Below the pieces are notes generated by a model, which was not told the DNA's origin, ran no database searches, and saw only the letters and a program-made list of their open reading frames with translations. From NCBI RefSeq assembly GCF_964355755.1, contig NC_092675.1, positions 13,387,812-13,451,811 of the forward strand: a stretch of 64,000 nucleotides of DNA. The letters run 5' to 3'. Shown piece after piece: positions 11,553 to 26,289 of the stretch. Origin of the DNA: Antedon mediterranea. Its lineage: Eukaryota > Animalia > Echinodermata. How positions within the stretch are numbered: the first letter of the stretch is position 1; every line of letters starts with the position of its first letter. The position numbers and the translations under genes are program-made.

Positions 11553-12619
11553 TTCAAATCGCATTTGGAGACGTTTTAGACCATTTTGTGATTTCGATGA
11601 AACTTGATTACACAAAAACATCAAAGTGCTTAAAATCACATTATAAACCGTTTTAGACCATTTTGAGCATTTCGATAACACTTTTCACACAAAAACATCA
11701 AAGAGCAAAAAATAGCTTAATATCGTATTTAAAAACGTTTTAGACCATTTTGAGCATTTAGACAAAACTTTTTCACACAAAACACCAAAGTGCTTAGAAT
11801 AGCTTCAAATCGCATTTGGAGACGTTTTAGAACATTTTGTGTTTTTCGAAAAAAACTGTTAACATAAAAACACCAAAGTGCTTAGAATAGCTTCAAATCG
11901 CATTTGGAGACCTTTTAGAACATTTTGTGTTCTTCGAAAAAACCTGTTAACATAAAAACACCAAAGTGCTTAGAATAGCTTCAAATCGCATTTGGAGACG
12001 TTTTAGACCATTTTGTGATTTTTGAAAAAACTTGTTAACATAAAAACACCAAAGTGCTTAGAATAGCTTCAAATCACATTTGGAGACGTTTTAGACCATT
12101 TTGTGATTTTCGAAAAAACTTGTTAACATAAAAACACCAAAGTGCTTAGAATAGCGTCAAATCGTATTTGGAGACGTTTTAGACCATTTTGTGATTTTCG
12201 AAAAAACTTGTTAACATAAAAACACCAAAGTGCTTAGAATAGCTTCAAATCGCATTTGGAGACAGTTTAGACCATTTTATGATTTTGAAAAAACTTGTTA
12301 ACATAAAAACACCAAAGTGCTTAGAATAGCTTCAAATCGCATTTGGAGACGTTTTAGACCATTTTGTGATTTTCGAAAAAACTTGTTAACATAAAAACAC
12401 CAAAGTGCTTAGAATAGCTTCAAATCACATTTGGAGACATTTTAGACCATAAGTGCTTAGAATCACATTATAAACCGTTTTAGACCATTTTGAGCATTTC
12501 GATAACAATTTTCACACAAAAACATCAAAGAGCACAAAATAGCTTAATATCGTATTTAAAAATGTTTTAGACCATTTTGAGCATTTAGATAAAACTTTTT
12601 CACACAAAACACCAAAGTG

Positions 12620-15600
12620 CTTAGAATAGCTTCAAATCGCATTTGGAGACGTTTTAGACCAATTTGTGATTTTTGAAAAAACGTGTTAACATAAAAACAC
12701 CAAAGTGCTTAGAATAGCTTCAAATCACATTTGGAGACGTTTTAGACCATTTTGTGATTTTGAACAAACTTGTTAACATAAAAACACCAAAGTGCTTAGA
12801 ATAGCTTCAAATCGTATTTGGAGACGTTTTAGACCATTTTGAGATTTTCGAAAAAACTTGGTTACACAAAAACATCAAAGTGCTTAAAATCACATTATAA
12901 ACCGTTTTAGACCATTTTGAGCATTTCGATAACACTTTTCACACAAAAACATCAAAGAGCACAAAATAGCTTAATATCGTATTTAAAAACGTTTTAGACC
13001 ATTTTGAGCATTTCGACAAAACTTTTTCACACAAAACACCAAAGTGCTTAGAATAGCTTCAAATCGCATTTGGAGACGTTTTAGACCAATTTGTGCATTT
13101 CGATGAAACTTGATTACACAAAAACATCAAAGTGCTTAAAATCACATTATAAAACGTTTTAGACCATTTTGAGCATTTCGATAACACTTTTCACACAAAA
13201 ACATCAAAGAGCACAAAATAGCTTAATATCGTATTTAAAAACGTTTTAGACCATTTTGAGCATTTAGACAAAACTTTTTCACACAAAACACCAAAGTGCT
13301 TAGAATAGCTTCAAATCGCATTTGGAGACGTTTTAGACCATTTTGTGCATTTCGATGAAACTTGGTTACACAAAAACATCAAAGTGCTTAAAATCACATT
13401 ATAAATCGTTTTAGACCATTTTGAGCATTTCGACAAAACTTTTTCACACAAAATACCAAAGTGCTTAGAATAGCTTCAAATCGCATTTGGAGACGTTTTA
13501 GACCATTTTGTGATTTTCGAAAAAACTTTTTAACATAAAAACACAAAAGTGCTTAGAATAGCTTCAAATCACATTTGGAGACATTTTAGACCATTTTGTG
13601 ATTTTCGAAAAAACTTGTTAACATAAAAACACGAAGTGCTTAGAATAGCTTCAAATCGCATTTGGAAACGTTTTAGACCATTTTGTGATTTTCGAAAAAA
13701 ATTGTTAACATAAAAACACCAAAGTGCTTAGAATCACATTATAAACCGTTTTAGACCATTTTGAGCATTTCGATAACAATTTTCACACAAAAACATCAAA
13801 GAGCACAAAATAGCTTAATATCGTATTTAAAAATGTTTTAGACCATTTTGAGCATTTAGATAAAACTTTTTCAAACAAAACACCAAAGTGCTTAGAATAG
13901 CTTCAAATCGCATTTGGAGACGTTTTAGACCATTTTGTGATTTTTGAAAAAACTTGTTAACATAAAAACACCAAAGTGCTTAGAATAGCTTCAAATCACA
14001 TTTGGAGACGTTTTAGACCATTTTGTGATTTTCGAAAAAACTTGTTAACATAAAAACACGAAAGTGCTTAGAATAGCTTCAAATCGCATTTGGAAACGTT
14101 TTAGACCATTTTGTGATTTTCGAAAAAACTTGTTAACATAAAAACACGAAAGTGCTTAGAATAGCTTCAAATCGCATTTGGAAACGTTTTAGACCATTTT
14201 GTGATTTTCGAAAAAACTTGTTAACATAAAAACACGAAAGTGCTTAGAATAGCTTCAAATCGCATTTGGAAACGTTTTAGACCATTTTGTGATTTTCGAA
14301 AAAAAATTGTTAACATAAAAACACCAAAGTGTTTAGAATAGCTTCAAATCGCATTTGGAGACGTTTTAGACCAATTTGTGATTTTCGAAAAAACTTATCA
14401 ACATAAAAACACCAAAGGGTTTAGAATAGCTTCAAATCGCATTTGGAGACGTTTTAGACCATTTTGTGATTTTGAAAAAACTTGTTAACATAAAAACACC
14501 AAAGTGCTTAGAATAGCATCAAATCGCATTTGGAGACGTTTTAGACCATTTTGTGATTTTCGAAAAAACTTGTTAACATAAAAACACCAAAGTGCTTAGA
14601 ATAGCTTCAAATCGTATTTGGAGACGTTTTAGACCATTTTGAGATTTTCGAAAAAACTTGGTTACACAAAAACATCAAAGTGCTTAAAATCACATTATAA
14701 ACCGTTTTAGACCATTTTGAGCATTTCGGTAACACTTTTCACACAAAAACATCAAAGAGCACAAAATAGCTTAATATCGTATTTAAAAACGTTTTAGACC
14801 ATTTTGAGCCTTTAGACAAAACTTTTTCACACAAAACACCAAAGTGCTTAGAATAGCTTCAAATCGCATTTGGAGACGTTTTAGACCATTTTGTGCATTT
14901 CGATGAAACTTGGTTACACAAAAACATCAAAGTGCTTAAAATCACATTATAAATCGTTTTAGACCATTTTGAGCATTTCGACAAAACTTTTTCACACAAA
15001 ATACCAAAGTGCTTAGAATAGCTTCAAATCGCATTTGGAGACGTTTTAGACCATTTTGTGATTTTCGAAAAAACTTTTTAACATAAAAACACCAAAGTGC
15101 TTAGAATAGCTTCAAATCACATTTGGAGACGTTTTAGACCATAAGTGCTTAGAATCACATTATAAACCGTTTTAGACCATTTTGAGCATTTCGATAACAA
15201 TTTTCACACAAAAACATCAAAGAGCACAAAATAGCTTAATATCGTATTTAAAAATGTTTTAGACCATTTTGAGCATTTAGATAAAACTTTTTCACACAAA
15301 ACACCAAAGTGCTTAGAATAGCTTCAAATCGCATTTGGAGACGTTTTAGACCATTTTGTGATTTTTGAAAAAACTTGTTAACATAAAAACACCAAAGTGC
15401 TTAGAATAGCTTCAAATCACATTTGGAGACGTTTTAGACCATTTTGTGATTTTCGAAAAAACTTGTTAACATAAAAACACGAAAGTGCTTAGAATAGCTT
15501 CAAATCGCATTTGGAAACGTTTTAGACCATTTAGTGATTTTCGAAAAAACTTGTTAACATAAAAACACGAAAGTGCTTAGAATAGCTTCAAATCGCATTT

Positions 15601-18600
15601 GGAAACGTTTTAGACCATTTTGTGATTTTCGAAAAAAATTGTTAACATAAAAACACCAAAGTGTTTAGAATAGCTTCAAATCGCATTTGGAGACGTTTTA
15701 GACCAATTTGTGATTTTCGAAAAAACTTATCAACATAAAAACACCAAAGGGTTTAGAATAGCTTCAAATCGCATTTGGAGACGTTTTAGACCATTTTGTG
15801 ATTTTCGAAAAAACTTGTTAACATAAAAACACGAAAGTGCTTAGAATAGCTTCAAATCGCATTTGGAAACGTTTTAGACCATTTTGTGATTTTCGAAAAA
15901 ACTTGTTAACATAAAAACATGAAAGTGCTTAGAATAGCTTCAAATCGTATTTGGAGACGTTTTAGACCATTTTGAGATTTTCGAAAAAAACTGTTAACAT
16001 AAAAACACCAAAGTGCTTAGAATAGCTTCAAATCGCATTTGGAGATGTTTTAGAACATTTTGTGTTCTTCGAAAAAACCTGTTAACATAAAAACACCAAA
16101 GTGCTTAGAATAGCTTCAAATCGCATTTGGAGACGTTTTAGACCATTTTGTGATTTTTGAAAAAACTTGTTAACATAAAAACACCAAAGTGCTTAGAATA
16201 GCTTCAAATCGCATTTGGAAACGTTTTAGACCATTTTGTGATTTTCGAAAAAGATTGTTAACATAAAAACACCAAAGTGCTTAGAATCACAATATAAACC
16301 GTTTTAGACCATTTTGAGCATTTCGATAACAATTTTCACACAAAAACATCAAAGAGCACAAAATAGCTTAATATCGTATTTAAAAATGTTTTAGACCATT
16401 TTGAGCATTTAGATAAAACTTTTTCACACAAAACACCAAAGTGCTTAGAATAGCTTCAAATCGCATTTGGAGACGGTTTAGACCATTTTGTGATTTTGAA
16501 AAAACTTGTTAACATAAAAACACCAAAGTGCTTAGAATAGCTTCAAATCGCATTTGGAGACGTTTTAGATCATTTTGTGATTTTCGAAAGAACTTGTTAA
16601 CATAAAAACACCAAAGTGCTTAGAATAGCTTCAAATCGTATTTGGAGACGTTTTAGACCATTTTGAGATTTTCGAAAAAACTTGGTTACACAAAAACATC
16701 AAAGTGCTTAAAATCACATTATAAACCGTTTTAGACCATTTTGAACATTTCGATAACACTTTTCACACAAAAACATCAAAGAGCACAAAATAGCTTAATA
16801 TCGTATTTAAAAACGTTTTAGACCATTTTGAGCATTTCGACAAAACTTTTTCACACAAAACACCAAAGTGCTTAGAATAGCTTCAAATCGCATTTGGAGA
16901 CGTTTTAGACCAATTTGTGCATTTCGATGAAACTTGATTACACAAAAACATCAACGTGCTTAAAATCACATTATAAACCGTTTTAGACCATTTTGAGCAT
17001 TTCGATAACACTTTTCACACAAAAACATCAAAGAGCACAAAATAGCTTAATATCGTATTTAAAAAACGTTTTAGACCATTTTTTGAGCATTTAGACAAAA
17101 CTTTTTCACACAAAACACCAAAGTGCTTAGAATAGCTTCAAATCGCATTTGGAGACGTTTTAGACCATTTTGTGATTTTCGAAAAAACTTATCAACATAA
17201 AAACACCAAAGGGTTTAGAATAGCTTCAAATCGCATTTGAAGACGTTTTAGACCATTTTGTGATTTTTGAAAAAACTTGTTAACATAAAAACACCAAAGT
17301 GCTTAGAATAGCTTCAAATCACATTTGGAGACGTTTTAGACCATTTTGTGATTTTCGAAAAAACTTGTTAACATAAAAACACGAAAGTGCTTAGAATAGC
17401 TTCAAATCGCATTTGGAAACGTTTTAGACCATTTTGTGATTTTCGAAAAAGATTGTTAACATAAAAACACCAAAGTGCTTAGAATCACAATATAAACCGT
17501 TTTAGACCATTTTGAGCATTTCGATAACAATTTTCACACAAAAACATCAAAGAGCACAAAATAGCTTAATATCGTATTTAAAAATGTTTTAGACCATTTT
17601 GAGCATTTAGATAAAATTTTTCACACAAAACACCAAAGTGCTTAGAATAGCTTCAAATCGCATTTGGAGACGGTTTAGACCATTTTGTGATTTTGAAAAA
17701 ACTTGTTAACATAAAAACACCAAAGTGCTTAGAATAGCTTCAAATCGCATTTGGAGACGTTTTAGACCATTTTGTGATTTTCGAAAAAACTTGTTAACAT
17801 AAAAACACCAAAGTGCTTAGAATAGCTTCAAATCGTATTTGGAGACGTTTTAGACCATTTTGAGATTTTCGAAAAAACTTGGTTACACAAAAACATCAAA
17901 GTGCTTAAAATCACATTATAAACCGTTTTAGACCATTTTGAACATTTCGATAACACTTTTCACACAAAAACATCAAAGAGCACAAAATAGCTTAATATCG
18001 TATTTAAAAACGTTTTAGACCATTTTGAGCATTTAGATAAAACTTTTTCACACAAAACACCAAAGTGCTTAGAATAGCTTCAAATCGCATTTGGAGACGT
18101 TTTAGACCAATTTGTGATTTTTGAAAAAACTTGTTAACATAAAAACACCAAAGTGCTTAGAATAGCTTCAAATCACATTTGGAGACGTTTTAGACCATTT
18201 TGTGATTTTGAACAAACTTGTTAACATAAAAACACCAAAGTGCTTAGAATAGCTTCAAATCGTATTTGGAGACGTTTTAGACCATTTTGAGATTTTCGAA
18301 AAAACTTGGTTACACAAAAACATCAAAGTGCTTAAAATCACATTATAAACCGTTTTAGACCATTTTGAGCATTTCGATAACACTTTTCACACAAAAACAT
18401 CAAAGAGCACAAAATAGCTTAATATCGTATTTAAAAACGTTTTAGACCATTTTGAGCATTTAGACAAAACTTTTTCACACAAAACACCAAAGTGCTTAGA
18501 ATAGCTTCAAATCGCATTTGGAGACGTTTTAGACCAATTTGTGCATTTCGATGAAACTTGATTACACAAAAACATCAACGTGCTTAAAATCACATTATAA

Positions 18601-21420
18601 ACCGTTTTAGACCATTTTGAGAATTTCGATAACACTTTTCACACAAAAACATCAAAGAGCACAAAATAGCTTAATATCGTATTTAAAAACGTTTTAGACC
18701 ATTTTGAGCATTTAGACAAAACTTTTTCACACAAAACACCAAAGTGCTTAGAATAGCTTCAAATCGCATTTGGAGACGTTTTAGACCATTTTGTGCATTT
18801 CGATGAAACTTGGTTACACAAAAACATCAAAGTGCTTAAAATCACATTATAAATCGTTTTAGACCATTTTGAGCATTTCGACAAAACTTTTTCACACAAA
18901 ATACCAAAGGGCTTAGAATAGCTTCAAATCGCATTTGGAGACGTTTTAGACCATTTTGTGATTTTCGAAAAAACTTTTTAACATAAAAAGACCAAAGTGC
19001 TTAGAATAGCTTCAAATCACATTTGGAGACGTTTTAGACCATTTTGTGATTTTCGAAAAAACTTGTTAACATAAAAACACGAAAGTGCTTAGAATAGCTT
19101 CAAATCGCATTTGGAAACGTTTTAGACCATTTTGTGATTTTCGAAAAAAATTGTTAACATAAAAACACCAAAGTGCTTAGAATCACATTATAAACCGTTT
19201 TAGACCATTTTGAGCATTTCGATAACAATTTTCACACAAAAACATCAAAGAGCACAAAATAGCTTAATATCGTATTTAAAAATGTTTTAGACCATTTTGA
19301 GCATTTAGATAAAACTTTTTCACACAAAACACCAAAGTGCTTAGAATAGCTTCAAATCGCATTTGGAGACGTTTTAGACCATTTTGTGATTTTTGAAAAA
19401 ACTTGTTAACATAAAAACACCAAAGTGCTTAGAATAGCTTCAAATCACATTTGGAGACGTTTTAGACCATTTTGTGATTTTCGAAAAAACTTGTTAACAT
19501 AAAAACACGAAAGTGCTTAGAATAGCTTCAAATCGCATTTGGAAACGTTTTAGACCATTTTGTGATTTTCGAAAAAACTTGTTAACATAAAAACACGAAA
19601 GTGCTTAGAATAGCTTCAAATCGCATTTGGAAACGTTTTAGACCATTTTGTGATTTTCGAAAAAACTTGTTAACATAAAAACACGAAAGTGCTTAGAATA
19701 GCTTCAAATCGCATTTGGAAACGTTTTAGACCATTTTGTGATTTTCGAAAAAAAATTGTTAACATAAAAACACCAAAGTGTTTAGAATAGCTTCAAATCG
19801 CATTTGGAGACGTTTTAGACCAATTTGTGATTTTCGAAAAAACTTATCAACATAAAAACACCAAAGGGTTTAGAATAGCTTCAAATCGCATTTGGAGACG
19901 TTTTAGACCATTTTGTGATTTTGAAAAAACTTGTTAACATAAAAACACCAAAGTGCTTAGAATAGCTTCAAATCGCATTTGGAGACGTTTTAGACCATTT
20001 TGTGATTTTCGAAAAAACTTGTTAACATAAAAACACCAAAGTGCTTAGAATAGCTTCAAATCGTATTTGGAGACGTTTTAGACCATTTTGAGATTTTCGA
20101 AAAAACTTGGTTACACAAAAACATCAAAGTGCTTAAAATCACATTATAAACCGTTTTAGACCATTTTGAGCATTTCGGTAACACTTTTCACACAAAAACA
20201 TCAAAGAGCACAAAATAGCTTAATATCGTATTTAAAAACGTTTTAGACCATTTTGAGCCTTTAGACAAAACTTTTTCACACAAAACACCAAAGTGCTTAG
20301 AATAGCTTCAAATCGCATTTGGAGACGTTTTAGACCATTTTGTGCATTTCGATGAAACTTGGTTACACAAAAACATCAAAGTGCTTAAAATCACATTATA
20401 AATCGTTTTAGACCATTTTGAGCATTTCGACAAAACTTTTTCACACAAAATACCAAAGTGCTTAGAATAGCTTCAAATCGCATTTGGAGACGTTTTAGAC
20501 CATTTTGTGATTTTCGAAAAAACTTTTTAACATAAAAACACCAAAGTGCTTAGAATAGCTTCAAATCACATTTGGAGACGTTTTAGACCATAAGTGCTTA
20601 GAATCACATTATAAACCGTTTTAGACCATTTTGAGCATTTCGATAACAATTTTCACACAAAAACACCAAAGAGCACAAAATAGCTTAATATCGTATTTAA
20701 AAATGTTTTAGACAATTTTGAGCATTTAGATAAAACTTTTTCACACAAAACACCAAAGTTCTTAGAATAGCTTCAAATCGCATTTGGAGACGTTTTAGAC
20801 CATTTTGTGATTTTTGAAAAAACTTGTTAACATAAAAACACCAAAGTGCTTAGAATAGCTTCAAATCACATTTGGAGACGTTTTAGACCATTTTGTGATT
20901 TTCGAAAAAACTTGTTAACATAAAAACACGAAAGTGCTTAGAATAGCTTCAAATCGCATTTGGAAACGTTTTAGACCATTTAGTGATTTTCGAAAAAACT
21001 TGTTAACATAAAAACACGAAAGTGCTTAGAATAGCTTCAAATCGCATTTGGAAACGTTTTAGACCATTTTGTGATTTTCGAAAAAAATTGTTAACATAAA
21101 AACACCAAAGTGTTTAGAATAGCTTCAAATCGCATTTGGAGACGTTTTAGACCAATTTGTGATTTTCGAAAAAACTTATCAACATAAAAACACCAAAGGG
21201 TTTAGAATAGCTTCAAATCGCATTTGGAGACGTTTTAGACCATTTTGTGATTTTCGAAAAAACTTGTTAACATAAAAACACGAAAGTGCTTAGAATAGCT
21301 TCAAATCGCATTTGGAAACGTTTTAGACCATTTTGTGATTTTCGAAAAAACTTGTTAACATAAAAACATGAAAGTGCTTAGAATAGCTTCAAATCGTATT
21401 TGGAGACGTTTTAGACCATT
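12620..21420 (+). repeat. About 5449-bp offset duplication (about 12620-15970 vs about 18050-21420)
   Basis: AACAAAC at 12763 and 18211; CATAAG at 15140 and 20589; shared GAGCCTTTAG, CATTTAGTG and AAACATGAAAG variants. Confidence 0.85.
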
Positions 21421-21549
21421 TTGTGATTTTCGAAAAAACTTGTTAACATAAAAACACCAATGTGCTTAGAATAGCTTCAAATCGCATTTTGAGACGTTTT
21501 AGACCATTTTGTGCATTTCGATGAAACTTGGTTACACAAAAACATCAAA

Positions 21550-24360
21550 GTGCTTAAAATCACATTATAAACCATTTTAGACCATTTTGAGCATTTCGAT
21601 AACACTTTTCACACAAAAACATCAAAGAGCACAAAATAGCTTAATATCGTATTTAAAAACGTTTTAGACCATTTTGAGCATTTCGACAAAACTTTTTCAC
21701 ACAAAACACCAAAGTGCTTAGAATAGCTTCAAATCGCATTTGGAGACGTTTTAGACCATTTTGTGATTTTCGAAAAAACTTGTTAACATAAAAACATCAA
21801 AGTGTACAGAATAACTTCAAATCGCATTTGGAGACCGTTTTAGGCCAATTTGTGATTTTCGAAAAAACTTGTTAACCTAAAAATACCAAAGTGTTTAGAA
21901 TAGCTTCAAATCGCATTTGGAGACGTTTTAGAACATTTTGTGATTTTCGAAAAAACTTGTTAACATAAAAACACCAAAGTGCTTCAAATCGCATTTGGAG
22001 ACATTTTAGACCAATTTGTGATTTTTGAAAAAACTTGTTAACATAAAAACACCAAAGTGCTTACAATAGCTTCAAATCGTATTTGGAGACGTTTTAGACC
22101 ATTTTGTGATTTTCGAAAAAACTTGTTAACATAAAAACACCAAAGTACTTAGAATAGCTTCAAATCGCATTTGGAGACGTTTTAGACCATTTTATGCATT
22201 TCGATGAAACTTGGTTACACAAAAACATCAAAGTGCTTAAAATCACATTATAATCCGTTTTAGACCATTTTGAGCATTTCGATAACACTTTTCACACAAA
22301 AACATCAAAGAGCACAAAATAGCTTAATATCGTATTTAAAAACTTTTTAGACCATTTTGAGCATTTCGACAAAACTTTTTCACACAAAACACCAAAGTGC
22401 TTAGAATAGCTTCAAATCGCATTTGGAGACGTTTTAGACCATTTTGTGATTTTCGAAAAAAATTGTTAACATAAAAACACGAAAGTGCTTAGAATAGCTT
22501 CAAATCGCATTTGGAAACGTTTTAGACCATTTTGTGATTTTCGAAAAAAATTGTTAACATAAAAACACCAAAGTGTTTAGAATAGCTTCAAATCGCATTT
22601 GGAGACGTTTTAGACCAATTTGTGATTTTCGAAAAAACTTATCAACATAAAAACACCAAAGGGTTTAGAATAGCTTCAAATCGCATTTGGAGACGTTTTA
22701 GACCATTTTGTGATTTTGAAAAAACTTGTTAACATAAAAACACAAAAGTGCTTAGAATAGCTTCAAATCGCATTTGGAGACGTTTTAGACCATTTTGTGA
22801 TTTTCGAAAAAACTTGTTAACATAAAAACACCAAAGTGCTTAGAATAGCTTCAAATCGTATTTGGAGACGTTTTAGACCATTTTGAGATTTTCGAAAAAA
22901 ATTGGTTACACAAAAACATCAAAGTGCTTAAAATCACATTATAAACCGTTTTAGACCATTTTTAGCATTTCGGTAACACTTTTCACACAAAAACATCAAA
23001 GAGCACAAAATAGCTTAATATCGTATTTAAAAACGTTTTAGACCATTTTGAGCATTTAGACAAAACTTTTTCACACAAAACACCAAAGTGCTTAGAATAG
23101 CTTCAAATCGCATTTGGAGACGTTTTAGACCATTTTGTGCATTTCGATGAAACTTGGTTACACAAAAACATCAAAGTGCTTAAAATCACATTATAAATCG
23201 TTTTAGACCATTTTGAGCATTTCGACAAAACTTTTTCACACAAAATACCAAAGTGCTTAGAATAGCTTCAAATCGCATTTGGAGACGTTTTAGACCATTT
23301 TGTGATTTTCGAAAAAACTTTTTAACATAAAAACACCAAAGTGCTTAGAATAGCTTCAAATCACATTTGGAGACGTTTTAGACCATAAGTGCTTAGAATC
23401 ACATTATAAACCGTTTTAGACCATTTTGAGCATTTCGATAACAATTTTCACACAAAAACATCAAAGAGCACAAAATAGCTTAATATCGTATTTAAAAATG
23501 TTTTAGACCATTTTGAGCATTTAGATAAAACTTTTTCACACAAAACACCAAAGTGCTTAGAATAGCTTCAAATCGCATTTGGAGACGTTTTAGACCATTT
23601 TGTGATTTTTGAAAAAACTTGTTAACATAAAAACACCAAAGTGCTTAGAATAGCTTCAAATCACATTTGGAGATGTTTTAGACCATTTTGTGATTTTTGA
23701 AAAAACTTGTTAACATAAAAACACGAAAGTGCTTAGAATAGCTTCAAATCACATTTGGAGACGTTGTAGACCATTTTGTGATTTTTGAAAAAACTTGTTA
23801 ACATAAAAACACGAAAGTGCTTAGAATAGCTTCAAATCGCATTTGGAAACGTTTTAGACCATTTTGTGATTTTCGAAAAAGATTGTTAACATAAAAACAC
23901 CAATGTGCTTAGAATCACAATATAAACCGTTTTAGACCATTTTGAGCATTTCGATAACAATTTTCACACAAAAACATCAAAGAGCACAAAATAGCTTAAT
24001 ATTGTATTTATAAATGTTTTAGACCATTTTGAGCATTTCGACAAAACTTTTTCACACAAAACACCAAAGTGCTTAGAATAGCTTCAAATCGCATTTGGAG
24101 ACGTTTTTTATACCATTTTGTGATTTCGATGAAACTTGATTACACAAAAACATCAAAGTGCTTAAAATCACATTATAAACCGTTTTAGACCATTTTGAGC
24201 ATTTCGATAACACTTTTCACACAAAAACATCAAAGAGCACAAAATAGCTTAATATCGTATTTAAAAACGTTTTAGACCATTTTGAGCATTTAGACAAAAC
24301 TTTTTCACACAAAACACCAAAGTGCTTAGAATAGCTTCAAATCGCATTTGGAGACGTTTT
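21550..24360 (+). repeat. Block duplicated at about 32855-35665 (offset 11305 bp)
   Basis: GTGTACAGAATAAC at 21802 and 33107; CATAAG at 23384 and 34689; ACGTTGTAGA at 23761 and 35066; shared GTTTTTTATACC and ATTGTATTTATAAATG variants. Confidence 0.92.
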
Positions 24361-26289
24361 AGAACATTTTGTGCATTTCGATGAAACTTGGTTACACAAA
24401 AACATCAAAGTGCTTAAAATCACATTATAAATCGTTTTAGACCATTTTGAGCATTTCGACAAAACTTTTTCACACAAAATACCAAAGTGCTTAGAATAGC
24501 TTCAAATCGCATTTGGAGACGTTTTAGACCATTTTGTGATTTTCGAAAAAACTTTTTAACATAAAAACACCAAAGTGCTTAGAATAGCTTCAAATCACAT
24601 TTGGAGACATTTTAGACCATTTTGTGATTTTCGAAAAAACTTGTTAACATAAAAACACGAAAGTGCTTAGAATAGCTTCAAATCGCATTTGGAAACGTTT
24701 TAGACCATTTTGTGATTTTCGAAAAAAATTGTTAACATAAAAACACCAAAGTGCTTAGAATCACATTATAAACCGTTTTAGACCATTTTGAGCATTTCGA
24801 TAACAATTTTCACACAAAAACATCAAAGAGCACAAAATAGCTTAATATCGTATTTAAAAATGTTTTAGACCATTTTGAGCATTTAGATAAAACTTTTTCA
24901 CACAAAACACCAAAGTGCTTAGAATAGCTTCAAATCGCATTTGGAGACGTTTTAGACCATTTTGTGATTTTTGAAAAAACTTGTTAACATAAAAACACCA
25001 AAGTGCTTAGAATAGCTTCAAATCACATTTGGAGACGTTTTAGACCATTTTGTGATTTTCGAAAAAACTTGTTAACATAAAAACACGAAAGTGCTTAGAA
25101 TAGCTTCAAATCGCATTTGGAAACGTTTTAGACCATTTTGTGATTTTCGAAAAAACTTGTTAACATAAAAACACGAAAGTGCTTAGAATAGCTTCAAATC
25201 GCATTTGGAAACGTTTTAGACCATTTTGTGATTTTCGAAAAAAATTGTTAACATAAAAACACCAAAGTGTTTAGAATAGCTTCAAATCGCATTTGGAGAC
25301 GTTTTAGACCAATTTGTGATTTTCGAAAAAACTTATCAACATAAAAACACCAAAGGGTTTAGAATAGCTTCAAATCGCATTTGGAGACGTTTTAGACCAT
25401 TTTGTGATTTTGAAAAAACTTGTTAACATAAAAACACCAAAGTGCTTAGAATAGCTTCAAATCGCATTTGGAGACGTTTTAGACCATTTTGTGATTTTCG
25501 AAAAAACTTGTTAACATAAAAACACCAAAGTGCTTAGAATAGCTTCAAATCGTATTTGGAGACGTTTTAGACCATTTTGAGATTTTCGAAAAAACTTGGT
25601 TACACAAAAACATCAAAGTGCTTAAAATCACATTATAAACCGTTTTAGACCATTTTGAGCATTTCGATAACACTTTTCACACAAAAACATCAAAGAGCAC
25701 AAAATAGCTTAATATCGTATTTAAAAACGTTTTAGACCATTTTGAGCATTTCGACAAAACTTTTTCACACAAAACACCAAAGTGCTTAGAATAGCTTCAA
25801 ATCGCATTTGGAGACGTTTTAGACCAATTTGTGCATTTCGATGAAACTTGATTACACAAAAACATCAAAGTGCTTAAAATCACATTATAAACCGTTTTAG
25901 ACCATTTTGAGCATTTCGATAACACTTTTCACACAAAAACATCAAAGAGCACAAAATAGCTTAATATCGTATTTAAAAACGTTTTAGACCATTTTGAGCA
26001 TTTAGACAAAACTTTTTCACACAAAACACCAAAGTGCTTAGAATAGCTTCAAATCGCATTTGGAGACGTTTTAGAACATTTTGTGTTTTTCGAAAAAAAC
26101 TGTTAACATAAAAACACCAAAGTGCTTAGAATAGCTTCAAATCGCATTTGGAGACGTTTTAGAACATTTTGTGTTCTTCGAAAAAACCTGTTAACATAAA
26201 AACACCAAAGTGCTTAGAATAGCTTCAAATCGCATTCGGAGACGTTTTAGACCATTTTGTGATTTTTGAAAAAACTTGTTAACATAAAA

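Noticed and set aside
11478-11681. 67-aa minus-strand ORF
   Set aside because: It lies wholly within satellite monomers, the peptide just repeats the monomer translation (NGLKRLQMRFEAIL), and it is open only because of chance local indels.
17060-17090. Singleton homopolymer expansions (A6 before CG, T6 before GAG)
   Set aside because: They are unique, adjacent and in homopolymers, so more likely consensus errors than biology.
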